DNA of 64,000 nt from Gammaproteobacteria bacterium (GCA_030432755.1 JAUILZ010000001.1:203388-267387), one strand, 5' to 3'; shown: positions 37,938 through 46,882, numbered from the stretch's first letter. The notes: generated from the letters alone by a model not told the origin. Numbers and translations are program-made.

Positions 37938-38180
37938 ATGTCACGAAAAATGCTGATCACCTCCATGGTCCTTCTCGGTGCCTCCCAGGCGTACGCCAAC
38001 GAGGAAGCGTTCAAGCAACTGGACATCGACCAGAGCGGCGCCATCAGCGCCGAGGAAGCGGCCGCCATCGAAGGCCTGCAGGAGACCATGGCCGAGTACG
38101 ACCTCAACGGGGACCGCGAACTCGACCAGCAGGAGTTCGCACAATTCGTCGCGGCCAGGGAATCGAAATCCGCTTCCTGA
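37938..38180 (+). CDS. secreted two-EF-hand calcium-binding mini-protein (80 aa)
   Basis: Signal peptide MSRKMLITSMVLLGASQAYA/NE. Two canonical 12-residue EF loops: DIDQSGAISAEE and DLNGDRELDQQE. SD CAGGAGAAG. Confidence 0.8.
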   Translation: MSRKMLITSMVLLGASQAYANEEAFKQLDIDQSGAISAEEAAAIEGLQETMAEYDLNGDRELDQQEFAQFVAARESKSAS

Positions 38181-38254
38181 CGGTCGTAACGGCATGGTTC
38201 CGCTGATGCTGAAGCAGCGGAACCCATCCCGGGATGGGCCCGGGATGAGGGATG

Positions 38255-38331
38255 GTCCGCCAGGCGGCGTGAGGTAACTGACCACGCACCTGTTGGCTTC
38301 CCCCCAACCAGGCCTCACCCGCCTGGCGGAC
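38255..38331 (+). other. long hairpin: 13-bp perfect outer stem plus inner pairings
   Basis: GTCCGCCAGGCGG (38255-38267) pairs with CCGCCTGGCGGAC (38319-38331). Inner pairs are TGAGG/CCTCA and CCTGTTGG/CCAACCAGG. Confidence 0.6.
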
Positions 38332-38335
38332 CCGG

Positions 38336-38370
38336 CCCGGCAACGCCAACGCGCATTGCCGGGCTTTTTC
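38336..38370 (+). terminator. intrinsic terminator
   Basis: CCCGGCAA-(12 nt)-TTGCCGGG followed by CTTTTTC. Confidence 0.8.
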
Positions 38371-38462
38371 ATTGAAAGGTCCATATATCAAGGCCGAGCC
38401 CGGGGTCGGCTGGATTGATCGGCGTCAATTGCGCCCTGCTGCGGGATTGCTAGATTGCGCCT

Positions 38463-39674
38463 ATGAATATCACTTCCCAGGCAAGAGACGCGCTCGCTCG
38501 CGGGTGCGCCAAACCCATACTCGCCGTGATGCTGGCGACCTCGCTCGCCGCGATCCCGGGGATGCCGGTGACCGCAGCCGCACAGAGCGCTGGCAATCCG
38601 GGTGTCGATCCCGAGATTCGCGAGACGATGCGGGAGGCCTTCGATGCCCTGTCCTTCCTCGTGGAAGCCGCCATCGAGCCGGGCGCCGCGCCAAGACCCC
38701 GCGCCGAGATGGAGGCCGCGCTGGAACGGCTCGAGGCCGCCAGCGAGGCGCTGCAGTTTCACGGCCAGCTCAAGCCGACCGCGTTCAGCCTGCTGGGGCG
38801 CTCCCTGGAAGACAGTGTCGGGAGAATGATCGACAACTACCGCGTCGGCCTGACGGACGTCGCGGACCTGTATTTGCTGGACACGGTGGAACACTGCGTC
38901 ACCTGCCATTCCCTGCTGCCCGACAAGGGTCAACGCAACCTGGGCGAGCTGTTTGCCGGGGCCGTGGAAGAGGCGAGTGTGGAGCCCGTCGTCGCCGCGC
39001 ATCTGCTGATCGCGGCGCGCCAGGTGCCCAGGGCGCTGTCCCTCTGGGAATCCTACTTCAGCAGCGACGACTTCGCTCCCGGCGAGATGACTTCCCAGGA
39101 GGAACTGGCGGATTATCTCTGGCATGCACTTCTCCTGACCGGGGATCCCGAGCGTCCTTTGCCGGTGCTGGAAATGGTACGTGACGCGGAAGATGCGCCG
39201 TTCTACCTTCGTCGGCGGGCCGGCCAGTGGATCGGTCAGCTCGGCGACCTGGCGGCGGGATTTCAGCAAGACGCCGGCATTGGGGAAATCCGTCGTCTGT
39301 TCGGCGGCGGATTCACCTACTCGGACACACTGGCTGGACGTGATCACCTGGTGCAGGACGTGCTGGTCTCCAGCCAGGCCAACCAGCTACTGGCAAACGC
39401 CGGCATCCTGCAGGCGGAGGAGCGCGCCGAACTGTATTTCATCCTGGCCTTGACCGAGCTGCGCAGCCGACTGTCCGTGGGCGCGGTGCCTGCAGCGGAG
39501 CTTTACCTCGAGGCCGCGATCCGCGAGGCGCCCGACAGCGAAATCGCGCGCACCGCCTATGCAGAACTGCAACAATACGCGTTACAGTACTTTGGTGAGC
39601 CCGAGCCCTCCACAGCGTTGTTCCCCGTGCCCATGGCCGAACTTCGCCGCCTGGCGGGCCTGAACCAACCCTGA
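38463..39674 (+). CDS. periplasmic protein with a single CXXCH heme-binding motif (function unknown)
   Basis: 403 aa with signal peptide ...AIPGMPVTAAA/QS and one c-type heme motif, EHCVTCHSLLP. The rest is helical and TPR-like in character. The antisense 319-aa ORF is rejected on composition. Confidence 0.7.
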   Translation: MNITSQARDALARGCAKPILAVMLATSLAAIPGMPVTAAAQSAGNPGVDPEIRETMREAFDALSFLVEAAIEPGAAPRPRAEMEAALERLEAASEALQFHGQLKPTAFSLLGRSLEDSVGRMIDNYRVGLTDVADLYLLDTVEHCVTCHSLLPDKGQRNLGELFAGAVEEASVEPVVAAHLLIAARQVPRALSLWESYFSSDDFAPGEMTSQEELADYLWHALLLTGDPERPLPVLEMVRDAEDAPFYLRRRAGQWIGQLGDLAAGFQQDAGIGEIRRLFGGGFTYSDTLAGRDHLVQDVLVSSQANQLLANAGILQAEERAELYFILALTELRSRLSVGAVPAAELYLEAAIREAPDSEIARTAYAELQQYALQYFGEPEPSTALFPVPMAELRRLAGLNQP

Positions 39675-39688
39675 AGGAGGTAACGACC

Positions 39689-40540
39689 ATGAAGACACGC
39701 AGAATCCTGGTGGCGGTGGACAACAGCCCTGCCGCCCTCTCGCGGATCGAAAGCGCGATCCATCTCGCGAATATCATCGAGGCGGAGGTCAGCGCGATCC
39801 TCGCAATGCATATCGAGGTGCCGCCGGTGGCGGCCAGTACCATGCACGGCGGCTGGTACATGGGCGAGGAAATCCTCAACCGCAGCCGCGACGAGGCGTT
39901 GCAATCGGCCAACGTGATCCGCGAGGCGTGCATGCTGCTCGCCGAACGCCTGCAATGGGATCTCGGCTGGATCCAGCGCGAGGGCGACGCGGTGCACGTG
40001 ATCAGCGAGGAGGCGCGTTACCACGATGTCCTGCTGCTCGGCCGTCCCGACGGCGCGGGCGCGGCTCCCGGCTTCCACGGCAACGTGCATGCGATCCTGC
40101 TGGAGGCCGGGGTCCCCTGCCTGGTGCTGGCGGGGCCGCAACACGGCCTCACCCAGCAGCCGTCGCGCATACTGCTCGCCTGGGACGGTGGGCGCGAGGC
40201 CTGCCAGGCGATGCGCGGCGCGCTCGGCTTTCTCACCCGCGCGGAGGAGGTCATCGTCCTCACCCTCGCGGCCCATGCCTCGGAGGAGGCGCGCGCCGGC
40301 GAGGTCAACGCGCGCGCCATTGACTACCTGAAGACCCACGGGGTGAACACCCGCGGCCTGGTGACGGTGCGCGAGGGCATGTTCAACGGACCGCCTATCG
40401 TCCAGCACCTGGAAAAAGAGCAGCCCGACCTGGTGGTGATGGGCGCCTACGGGCATTCCCGGTTCCGCGAGACCGTCCTCGGTGGCGCCACCAGACACAT
40501 GTTGCAGAACACCGACGTGCCGCTGTTGTTCGCCCACTGA
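39689..40540 (+). CDS. tandem universal stress protein (UspE-like)
   Basis: 283 aa, with GAAGGAGG SD. Two USP domains, the second ending VVMGAYGHSRFRETVLGGATRHMLQNTDVPLLFAH. Confidence 0.85.
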   Translation: MKTRRILVAVDNSPAALSRIESAIHLANIIEAEVSAILAMHIEVPPVAASTMHGGWYMGEEILNRSRDEALQSANVIREACMLLAERLQWDLGWIQREGDAVHVISEEARYHDVLLLGRPDGAGAAPGFHGNVHAILLEAGVPCLVLAGPQHGLTQQPSRILLAWDGGREACQAMRGALGFLTRAEEVIVLTLAAHASEEARAGEVNARAIDYLKTHGVNTRGLVTVREGMFNGPPIVQHLEKEQPDLVVMGAYGHSRFRETVLGGATRHMLQNTDVPLLFAH

Positions 40541-40562
40541 CACGACCGACTGGAGAATCGAC

Positions 40563-41393
40563 ATGGCGCTCAAGGACCTTCTGGTCGTGGTGGACGATTC
40601 CGACGCGAGCGAGGTGACCTTCGACTTCGCCGCCGCGCTCGCAGCCGATCACGGCGCCCATCTCGCCGTACTCTGTCCCGTTCCCAGTTTGCCGCCGGCA
40701 ATGACCATGGGGATCGAGTACAGCACCGACTGGCTGCTGTCGATCGGCGAACGCATTCGCGCGTCTGCAGAGGCCTGCCGCGCCCGAATCGGGGCGCGCG
40801 CGGAGTCCCGTGGCGTCCCCATCGAATGGCGCAGCGAAGAGGGTGATCCCGTCAGGGTGGCGACCGAGTTCAGTCGCTACGTCGACCTAACCGTCATGAC
40901 CCAGGGGGGATCCGGGCGCGCGGGGGAGGATATCCGCGAATTGTCCGACTATTTCATCCTCGACACCGGCCGGCCCGTGGTCCAGGTGCCGTTCATCGGC
41001 GCGCCCGCCAGCCCACCGCGGCGCGTGGTGGTGGGCTGGGACGGCAGCCGTAGCGCGACCCGCGCCCTGCACGATGCGTTGCCGCTGCTTACCCGGGCCG
41101 ATCACGTCGAATTGCTGAGCATTCGCGAGGCCGGGCACGACGACACGGGCGACGTTTCCGCCATCGACATCAGCGCCCACCTCGCGCGCCACGATGTCAA
41201 CGTGGAGACCCGCGTGCTGGTGACGGAGGACATCGAACCCGCGGACAGCCTCCTGTCCCATGTCAGCAGCACCGGCGCGGACCTGGTGGTCATCGGCGCC
41301 TACGGCCATTCGCGCCTGCGCGAACTGGTGCTGGGTGGAATGACCCGTGGAATATTGCGTCAGATGACCGTGCCGGTCCTGTTGTCATACTGA
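40563..41393 (+). CDS. tandem universal stress protein (UspE-like)
   Basis: Start at MALKDLLVVVDDSDASE. The second domain ends LVVIGAYGHSRLRELVLGGMTRGILRQMTVPVLLSY. The track ORF is over-extended by 27 codons. Confidence 0.85.
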   Translation: MALKDLLVVVDDSDASEVTFDFAAALAADHGAHLAVLCPVPSLPPAMTMGIEYSTDWLLSIGERIRASAEACRARIGARAESRGVPIEWRSEEGDPVRVATEFSRYVDLTVMTQGGSGRAGEDIRELSDYFILDTGRPVVQVPFIGAPASPPRRVVVGWDGSRSATRALHDALPLLTRADHVELLSIREAGHDDTGDVSAIDISAHLARHDVNVETRVLVTEDIEPADSLLSHVSSTGADLVVIGAYGHSRLRELVLGGMTRGILRQMTVPVLLSY

Positions 41394-41418
41394 CACGGCT
41401 TCCCCGATACTTCGGGCC

Positions 41419-41835
41419 ATGCGCTTTTCCACCACGCTTCTGGCGGCGTGTACGCTGTTGCTGTCCGCCTGCGCCGCGCCTACCGCGGAGGAACGGGATG
41501 AGATCATCGTCCTGAACAGCAGCGAGGTGCGCACCCTGATGCAGAAAATGGCGGTCATGGTGTTCAACCTCGAGGATCTGGTGCTGGCGCCGAATACGGC
41601 TGATCCGGGAGCACGGCAGGAGGCCGTGATCGGGCAGCTCGCGGAGATCGAGAAGGTGGCGATGAATCTCGGCGCAGGACCCCAACGCACCAACCACTTT
41701 CTTATCGACAGCGGCATTGATCGCCTGGTGACGGACCTGCATCTCGCTTCGGATGCGGCGAGCGCGGAACCTCCCGACTACGAGCCTGCTCTCGACGTGA
41801 TCGATCAATGCAAGCGATGCCACCTGATGCGTTAA
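41419..41835 (+). CDS. class II cytochrome c (cytochrome c-prime / c556-like) lipoprotein
   Basis: 138 aa with lipobox LLLSAC. Four-helix-bundle length, with the single heme motif CKRCH 8 residues from the C-terminus, as in class II cytochromes c. Confidence 0.7.
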   Translation: MRFSTTLLAACTLLLSACAAPTAEERDEIIVLNSSEVRTLMQKMAVMVFNLEDLVLAPNTADPGARQEAVIGQLAEIEKVAMNLGAGPQRTNHFLIDSGIDRLVTDLHLASDAASAEPPDYEPALDVIDQCKRCHLMR

Positions 41836-41916
41836 TCGGGTAGCGCGGGGGCCGCCGGGCCCGGCATAGCACGATGGTCTATAATCCGGGCCCGTTTCCC
41901 CTCTCGCACCACGAAC

Positions 41917-43095
41917 ATGCGCCCGTCGCGCCGGGTATTGCTGATCAGTCCACAGCCCTATTTTGCCTGGCGCGGCAGCTCCATCCGGGTGAAGTTCAAT
42001 GTCCGCGCCCTCGCGGACCTGGGCCACGACGTCGACCTGCTGACGATCCCCATCGGGGAGGATGAGCCGGACACCCCGGCGCGGGTGATCCGGGTCTGGA
42101 ACCTGCTGGGTTCGCGTTCGATCTCCATCGGCCCGTCGCCGCTCAAGCTCTGGTTCGACCTGCTGCTGCTGATCCGTGGCCTCGGCCTCGTCGTGCGCCA
42201 CCGCTACGACGTGATCCATGGCACCGAGGAAGCCGGTTTTCTCTCGTGGATCCTCGCAAGGCTCAGCCGCGCGCGTTGCGTGTACGAAAAACATTCCGAT
42301 GCCGCGTCGTATAAAAAGGGTGCGCTGCAGAACCTGTTCCTGAAGGCCTATCTCGCGGTGGAGCATTTCACCTGCCGTCACGCCGACCTCGTGATCTGCA
42401 CCGGCCCCGGTCTTTATCGCCAGGCGCTGTCGGTGGCGCCATCGGCCCGGGTCCACGATATCTTCGACATTCCCTCGTCGCTGGTGGAGCCACCGCCCGC
42501 GGCGGTGACGGCGGCGCGGGAGAAGATGGATCCGAACGGCGACCGGGTGCTGGCCTGCTATGTCGGCTCCTTCGCCGTCTACCAGGGTATCGACGTGTTG
42601 TTCGAGGCGATGCCGGCGGTGACCAGGGCGGACGCGCGCGTGCGATTCGTGATCATCGGCGGTAGTGACGCCGAGATCGCGGCGCGCCGGGCGGCACTCG
42701 ACACGGCGGGAGTGCCCACGGACGCGGTACAATTCCTCGGTCTCATTCCGCCGGACGAATTGCCGGCCTGGCTCGCCGCGGCGGATATTTTGCTCGCGCC
42801 GCGCAAGGCCGGCGTCAATACCCCGCTCAAGGTGCTGGACTATTTCAAGGCCGGCGGCGCCATCGTCGCCACCGACACCCCCGCCAACCGCTTCATCATG
42901 GATGAGGAATGCGCGCGCCTCGTGGAGTTCAGCGCGGATGGGTTCGCCGGCGGCATACTCGACCTCTGCCGCGATTCCGCGGCCCGCGGCGCCATCGCCC
43001 GGCGCGGGCGGACGCTGTACGAGGAGAAATTCAACTTTCGTGTCTTCACCCGCCTGCTGGGGGAAGCCTACGACGACATGCTGGCAGCCGCCTGA
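41917..43095 (+). CDS. glycosyltransferase family 4 (GT-B)
   Basis: 392 aa with N-terminal RVLLISPQPYFAWRGSSIRV and a C-terminal EX7E-type region (LAPRKAGVNTPLKVLDYFKAGGAIVATD). TATAAT lies at 41880-41885 upstream. Confidence 0.8.
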   Translation: MRPSRRVLLISPQPYFAWRGSSIRVKFNVRALADLGHDVDLLTIPIGEDEPDTPARVIRVWNLLGSRSISIGPSPLKLWFDLLLLIRGLGLVVRHRYDVIHGTEEAGFLSWILARLSRARCVYEKHSDAASYKKGALQNLFLKAYLAVEHFTCRHADLVICTGPGLYRQALSVAPSARVHDIFDIPSSLVEPPPAAVTAAREKMDPNGDRVLACYVGSFAVYQGIDVLFEAMPAVTRADARVRFVIIGGSDAEIAARRAALDTAGVPTDAVQFLGLIPPDELPAWLAAADILLAPRKAGVNTPLKVLDYFKAGGAIVATDTPANRFIMDEECARLVEFSADGFAGGILDLCRDSAARGAIARRGRTLYEEKFNFRVFTRLLGEAYDDMLAAA

Positions 43096-43892
43096 TGCGC
43101 TACGTCATCGACACTCACGTTCATATCTATCCGTTCTACGATACCGCCGCCGCGCTCGACAGCCTGCTCGACAATCTCGGCCGCGCCGACCCGGATGCGT
43201 CACGTATCGGATGCCTTACCGAGCGCTATGACTGCGACCTCTACAACCAGCTCTGCGCGCAACCGGACGCGAAAGTCAGTGAACGATTCGATCTCACCCC
43301 GGGGGACGATTCCCTGGGAATCCGACGTCGTGGCGATGGCGCCACCTGCCAGTTGTTGCCTGGACAACAGGTAATCACCGGCGAGAATATAGAAATACTG
43401 TCCCTCGCCTGCCGCGAACGTGTCACCGAGGGCGAGTCCGCGCCGGACACGGTGCGCGCGATCCTCGACAAGGGCGGGCTGCCGGTGGCGGCCTGGGCTC
43501 CCGGGAAATGGTTTTTCGAACGCGGGAAAGTCGTGCGCGCGCTGCTCGACCAGTTCGAGCCCACGGAACTGGCCCTCGGTGATACCACCCTTCGCCCGCT
43601 CGGGTGGACGACGCCCGATATCTTTCGCGATGCGAGGGCGCGGGGATTCCGCACGCTCTATGGCTCCGACCCCTTGCCATACGGTGGCGAGGAGCAACGC
43701 CCCGGAAGTTATTGCAGCGAAGTCACGCGCGCCTCTGGAAATGGGCTGACCGAGACCCCATCCGGGGTAGTCAGGTCCCTGTTGGGCGGGGGCTGGGATA
43801 TTTCACCGGCGGGCCGCCGCGGTTCACTGCCCACGGTGCTCGAACGCCTGGTGCGCAATCATCGCGCGCCAAAGCCCGCGAGGGCGTGCTGA
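43095..43892 (+). CDS. putative metal-dependent hydrolase (PHP/amidohydrolase-like)
   Basis: TGATG overlap with the GT4 stop. N-terminus MRYVIDTHVHIYPFYD (HxH metal motif). The remainder is unrecognised. Confidence 0.5.
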   Translation: MRYVIDTHVHIYPFYDTAAALDSLLDNLGRADPDASRIGCLTERYDCDLYNQLCAQPDAKVSERFDLTPGDDSLGIRRRGDGATCQLLPGQQVITGENIEILSLACRERVTEGESAPDTVRAILDKGGLPVAAWAPGKWFFERGKVVRALLDQFEPTELALGDTTLRPLGWTTPDIFRDARARGFRTLYGSDPLPYGGEEQRPGSYCSEVTRASGNGLTETPSGVVRSLLGGGWDISPAGRRGSLPTVLERLVRNHRAPKPARAC

Positions 43893-44012
43893 GTGGGGGC
43901 AAAGCGACTACAATCAGCGCCACCCGGGACGGTGGGCATCGGCGGTCAACTCGACTCGCCTGCACGACACGCAGAGAAGCAAAACCAGACTGCCGGCGAG
44001 ACCGGCGGCGAC

Positions 44013-45068
44013 ATGTTCCACCCGGCGCATCAGAGCGAAGAACAGGCAGAAATGTACGAAGAGTTTGGGCAATACGCCGGGTGCAATGTGCTGGTCACGG
44101 GCGCAACCGGGTTTGCAGGGCGGGTGCTCGTCCAGAAGCTGGCCAGGACCGGCGCCAGGCTGCGGGTGCTGGCGCGCGAAAGCTCCAATCTAGGCGAACT
44201 TGCCGATCTCGATATCCAGTGGTTCCGCGGGGACGTCTGCGACGAGGAAATCGTACAAGCAGCCACGCGGGACGTGCACTACCTGTTCCACCTCGCGGCC
44301 GCGTTCCGCGAGACCCATCCCAACGAGGAGGACTACCGCAGGGTCCACCTCTACAGCACTCAGCTGCTGGCAAAGGCGCTGGTCGACCAACCGCAGTTCC
44401 GCCGATTCCTGCACGTCTCCACCGTGGGCGTGCATGGCCACATCGAGTCCGGCCGGGCGGATGAGAACCATCGTTTCTCGCCCGGCGACTCGTACCAGAA
44501 AACCAAGCTCGAGGGCGAGCTCTGGCTCCGGCAATTCGGCGAAGACACCGGCCTGCCCTATACCGTGATCCGACCAGGCCCGATGTTCGGGCCGGGCGAC
44601 ATGCGCCTGCTGAAAATGTACCGCATGATCAGCAAGGGCTTTTTCGTGGTCCTGGGCGATTCGCGCGGACTCTACCACCTGGTCCACGTGGACGACGCGA
44701 CCAACCTGATGATGCTGGCCGCGCTCCGCGAGGAGGCCCGTTCCGAGGTGTTCATCGTCATGAGCGACGATCCGATCCGGGTGGTGGACATGGCGAAGGT
44801 GATCGCGAAAAAGATCGGCCGCGAGGTGCGCATCATCCGCCTGCCGGTGTGGCCTTTCTATATCGCCGCCGATATCTGCTGCGCGATCTGCTATCCGCTG
44901 GGCATCGCCCCGCCCCTGTATCGCCGGCGAGTGGATTTCTTCACCAAGGACCGGAGCTTCGACAACTCCAAGGTAAAGCGGATGCTCGGCTACCGGTTCC
45001 GTTACGACAACGAACTCGGTATCGAGGAAACCGCGAACTGGTATCTCCAGAACAACCTGATCCGCTAG
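44013..45068 (+). CDS. NAD-dependent epimerase/dehydratase (extended SDR)
   Basis: VLVTGATGFAGRVLVQKL Rossmann motif and YxxxK (YQKTK). The start at ATG 44013 is chosen over GTG 43893. Confidence 0.8.
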   Translation: MFHPAHQSEEQAEMYEEFGQYAGCNVLVTGATGFAGRVLVQKLARTGARLRVLARESSNLGELADLDIQWFRGDVCDEEIVQAATRDVHYLFHLAAAFRETHPNEEDYRRVHLYSTQLLAKALVDQPQFRRFLHVSTVGVHGHIESGRADENHRFSPGDSYQKTKLEGELWLRQFGEDTGLPYTVIRPGPMFGPGDMRLLKMYRMISKGFFVVLGDSRGLYHLVHVDDATNLMMLAALREEARSEVFIVMSDDPIRVVDMAKVIAKKIGREVRIIRLPVWPFYIAADICCAICYPLGIAPPLYRRRVDFFTKDRSFDNSKVKRMLGYRFRYDNELGIEETANWYLQNNLIR

Positions 45069-45077
45069 GAACCGGTC

Positions 45078-46088
45078 TCAAAATAGCCTGCGCTGGCCGT
45101 GCAGCAGACGGTGCGCCTGCAAACGCATCCATTCCCTCGAACGTAGCGTCATCGGGGGCGGGTCCAGCGCCGCAGCGCTTGCCTTCAGGGCGGGTTCGGC
45201 ATCCCGCAAGGCACTACCCGAATCTCCCAGTCTGCGCCAGTAGCGATACCAGGCTATCCCCAGCGGGCGTGGTACCGGTTGACCCCGGCGATGCCAGTAT
45301 TGCAGCGCTTCCAGGTGGAGCAGAGCGTTCTCCAGTAGAAACCTTCCGCCATCGAGGCGAGCGGTGCTGTTTTCCGAACCTTGTCGCTCGCGATAAAGAA
45401 TGCCCACATGGCCACAATGGGCGATGGAATGACCGGCGAGGAACAATCGCAGGATGAGGTCAGTGTCGCTTGCCTGCCAGCGCTCGTCCCAGCCCTTGAG
45501 ACCAACGAGAGATTCGCGCCGAAAGAGCAGGCTGCAGGATGTCCAGAACTGCACATCATCGAAAAGATACGGGAAAATGTCTTCGGGCGAGAAGAGAGTA
45601 TCAGCAAGGGGTTCGCGATGGGCGAGCGCAAAGCCGCGGGTGCCGTACAGCTCGCCAGGCGCAAGCTGTTCGTCACAGCGCCGGGAGAGACAGGCCGCGG
45701 CACCAGCCGTATTGTGGCCAATCAACGCATCAACCAGACGGCGGAGCGTCCCCGGGGTCATGACATCATCGGCATCCAGCTTGATCACTAACGCGCCGCG
45801 GGACCGTTCGAGCGCGGTGTTCCAGTTGCGGTTCATACCCAGCCTTTCCGGATTGCGGAAATAGCGCAGGCGGGGATCGTCGATGGCATTGACAGCCGTT
45901 TGGCAATCCGGGTCCACGCCCTCGTCCGACACCACGACCTCGAAATCCTCCCAGTCCTGGGACAGCACCGATTCGAGCGCCGCCTGGATATAGGGCCCGT
46001 CACGGTAGCAGGGAACGAGTACGCTGACGGCTGGATCAGGCAATGGCGTGGGCGTGGAAACGGGACAACGGAGGGTAACCAGCGCCAT
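45078..46088 (-). CDS. glycosyltransferase family 2
   Basis: VSVLVPCYRDGPYIQAALESVLSQDWEDFEVVVSDEG and LDADD motifs. The start is uncertain: the ORF is open to 46160, where ATGATCAT gives start codons on both strands. Confidence 0.8.
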   Translation of the reverse strand: MALVTLRCPVSTPTPLPDPAVSVLVPCYRDGPYIQAALESVLSQDWEDFEVVVSDEGVDPDCQTAVNAIDDPRLRYFRNPERLGMNRNWNTALERSRGALVIKLDADDVMTPGTLRRLVDALIGHNTAGAAACLSRRCDEQLAPGELYGTRGFALAHREPLADTLFSPEDIFPYLFDDVQFWTSCSLLFRRESLVGLKGWDERWQASDTDLILRLFLAGHSIAHCGHVGILYRERQGSENSTARLDGGRFLLENALLHLEALQYWHRRGQPVPRPLGIAWYRYWRRLGDSGSALRDAEPALKASAAALDPPPMTLRSREWMRLQAHRLLHGQRRLF

Positions 46089-46152
46089 TGCGCGATTGCA
46101 ATGGCGGCGCAACTTCGCCATGCTCATCGTCATTGCCACTACGCGGGGAGCG

Positions 46153-46740
46153 ATGATCATGGGAACCGACCCTCAAGCCAAATGCAGGCCACGCTGGCGC
46201 GTGCTCGCCGTGGCAGCCGCGCTGGCATTTTGCTTGCCCGCCGGCGCCGACCAGCGCGCCCCCGCGCTCGATGGATTGTTCGCCACCCTGCAGGCGCCGC
46301 AGACCTCGCCCGGCCGCGCGCAGCAGGTGACCACCGAGATCTGGCATCACTGGCTGGAGGCGACCGACGAAGACGCGCAGCGCCTGATGAACCTCGGCAT
46401 CACGCGTATGAACGAGTTCGCCCTCGACCAGGCCGTGGAGATCTTTACCACGCTGATTGACATGTCGCCTGACTATGCCGAGGCATGGAACAAGCGCGCC
46501 ACGGTGTACTACATGATCGGCGAATATGACCTCTCCACCGCGGACGTCAAGGAAACCCTGCGCCTCGAACCGCGTCATTTCGGCGCCCTGTCGGGACAGG
46601 GCCTGATCTACATGCAACAGGACCGCAAGGCGGAGGCCCTCCACTGGTTCCGCCGCGCCCTCGACGTCAATCCATTCATGGACGGCGTGCGCCAGAACGT
46701 GGAAATGCTCGAAGCCGAACTCGAAGGCACTGTAACCTGA
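46153..46740 (+). CDS. secreted TPR-repeat protein
   Basis: GGGGAG SD and signal peptide WRVLAVAAALAFCLPAGA/DQ. TPR-like repeats (AEAWNKRATVYYMIGEYDLSTADVKETLRLEPRHFGALSGQGLIY). Confidence 0.75.
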   Translation: MIMGTDPQAKCRPRWRVLAVAAALAFCLPAGADQRAPALDGLFATLQAPQTSPGRAQQVTTEIWHHWLEATDEDAQRLMNLGITRMNEFALDQAVEIFTTLIDMSPDYAEAWNKRATVYYMIGEYDLSTADVKETLRLEPRHFGALSGQGLIYMQQDRKAEALHWFRRALDVNPFMDGVRQNVEMLEAELEGTVT

Positions 46741-46751
46741 TCGCCCTAATT

Positions 46752-46764
46752 GGTGACAGTTTAC
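46752..46764. repeat. 13-nt inverted-repeat arm GGTGACAGTTTAC (partner at 48315-48327)
   Basis: Read directly. It lies in the intergenic region upstream of the FrhB-like gene. Confidence 0.5.
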
Positions 46765-46882
46765 TGATTTCGAGGTTTACCGCGGAGCGCCCTCCCGGGA
46801 TTGCACACCAGCTTTAGGTGAGGCAGATTCCCGCGATGCCAGTTCTCACTTCTCCTGCCCGGTATCCCCGGCGCAAAGCGCG

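Larger units (their letters stand above)
38181..38370 (+). ncRNA. structured 3-prime region / candidate sRNA downstream of the EF-hand ORF
   Basis: Noncoding region of about 190 nt containing, in order:
- a 10-bp perfect hairpin (38196-38224) with no U-tract
- three GGGATG repeats (38231-38254)
- a long hairpin (38255-38331)
- a canonical terminator. Confidence 0.35.

Noticed and set aside
38192-38205. GGCATGGTTCCGCT as a possible independent sigma-54 promoter for the structured RNA region
   Set aside because: The GG-to-GC spacing is one nucleotide short, and the bases form the 5-prime arm of a perfect hairpin. This is more simply explained as RNA structure.
46153-46160. ATGATCAT palindrome giving back-to-back start codons for the TPR gene (plus) and the GT2 gene (minus), suggesting overlapping divergent genes
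   Set aside because: The symmetry alone creates both ATGs. The GT2 conserved core begins about 40 codons further in, so the later start at 46088 is more plausible. There is no evidence for a real overlap.
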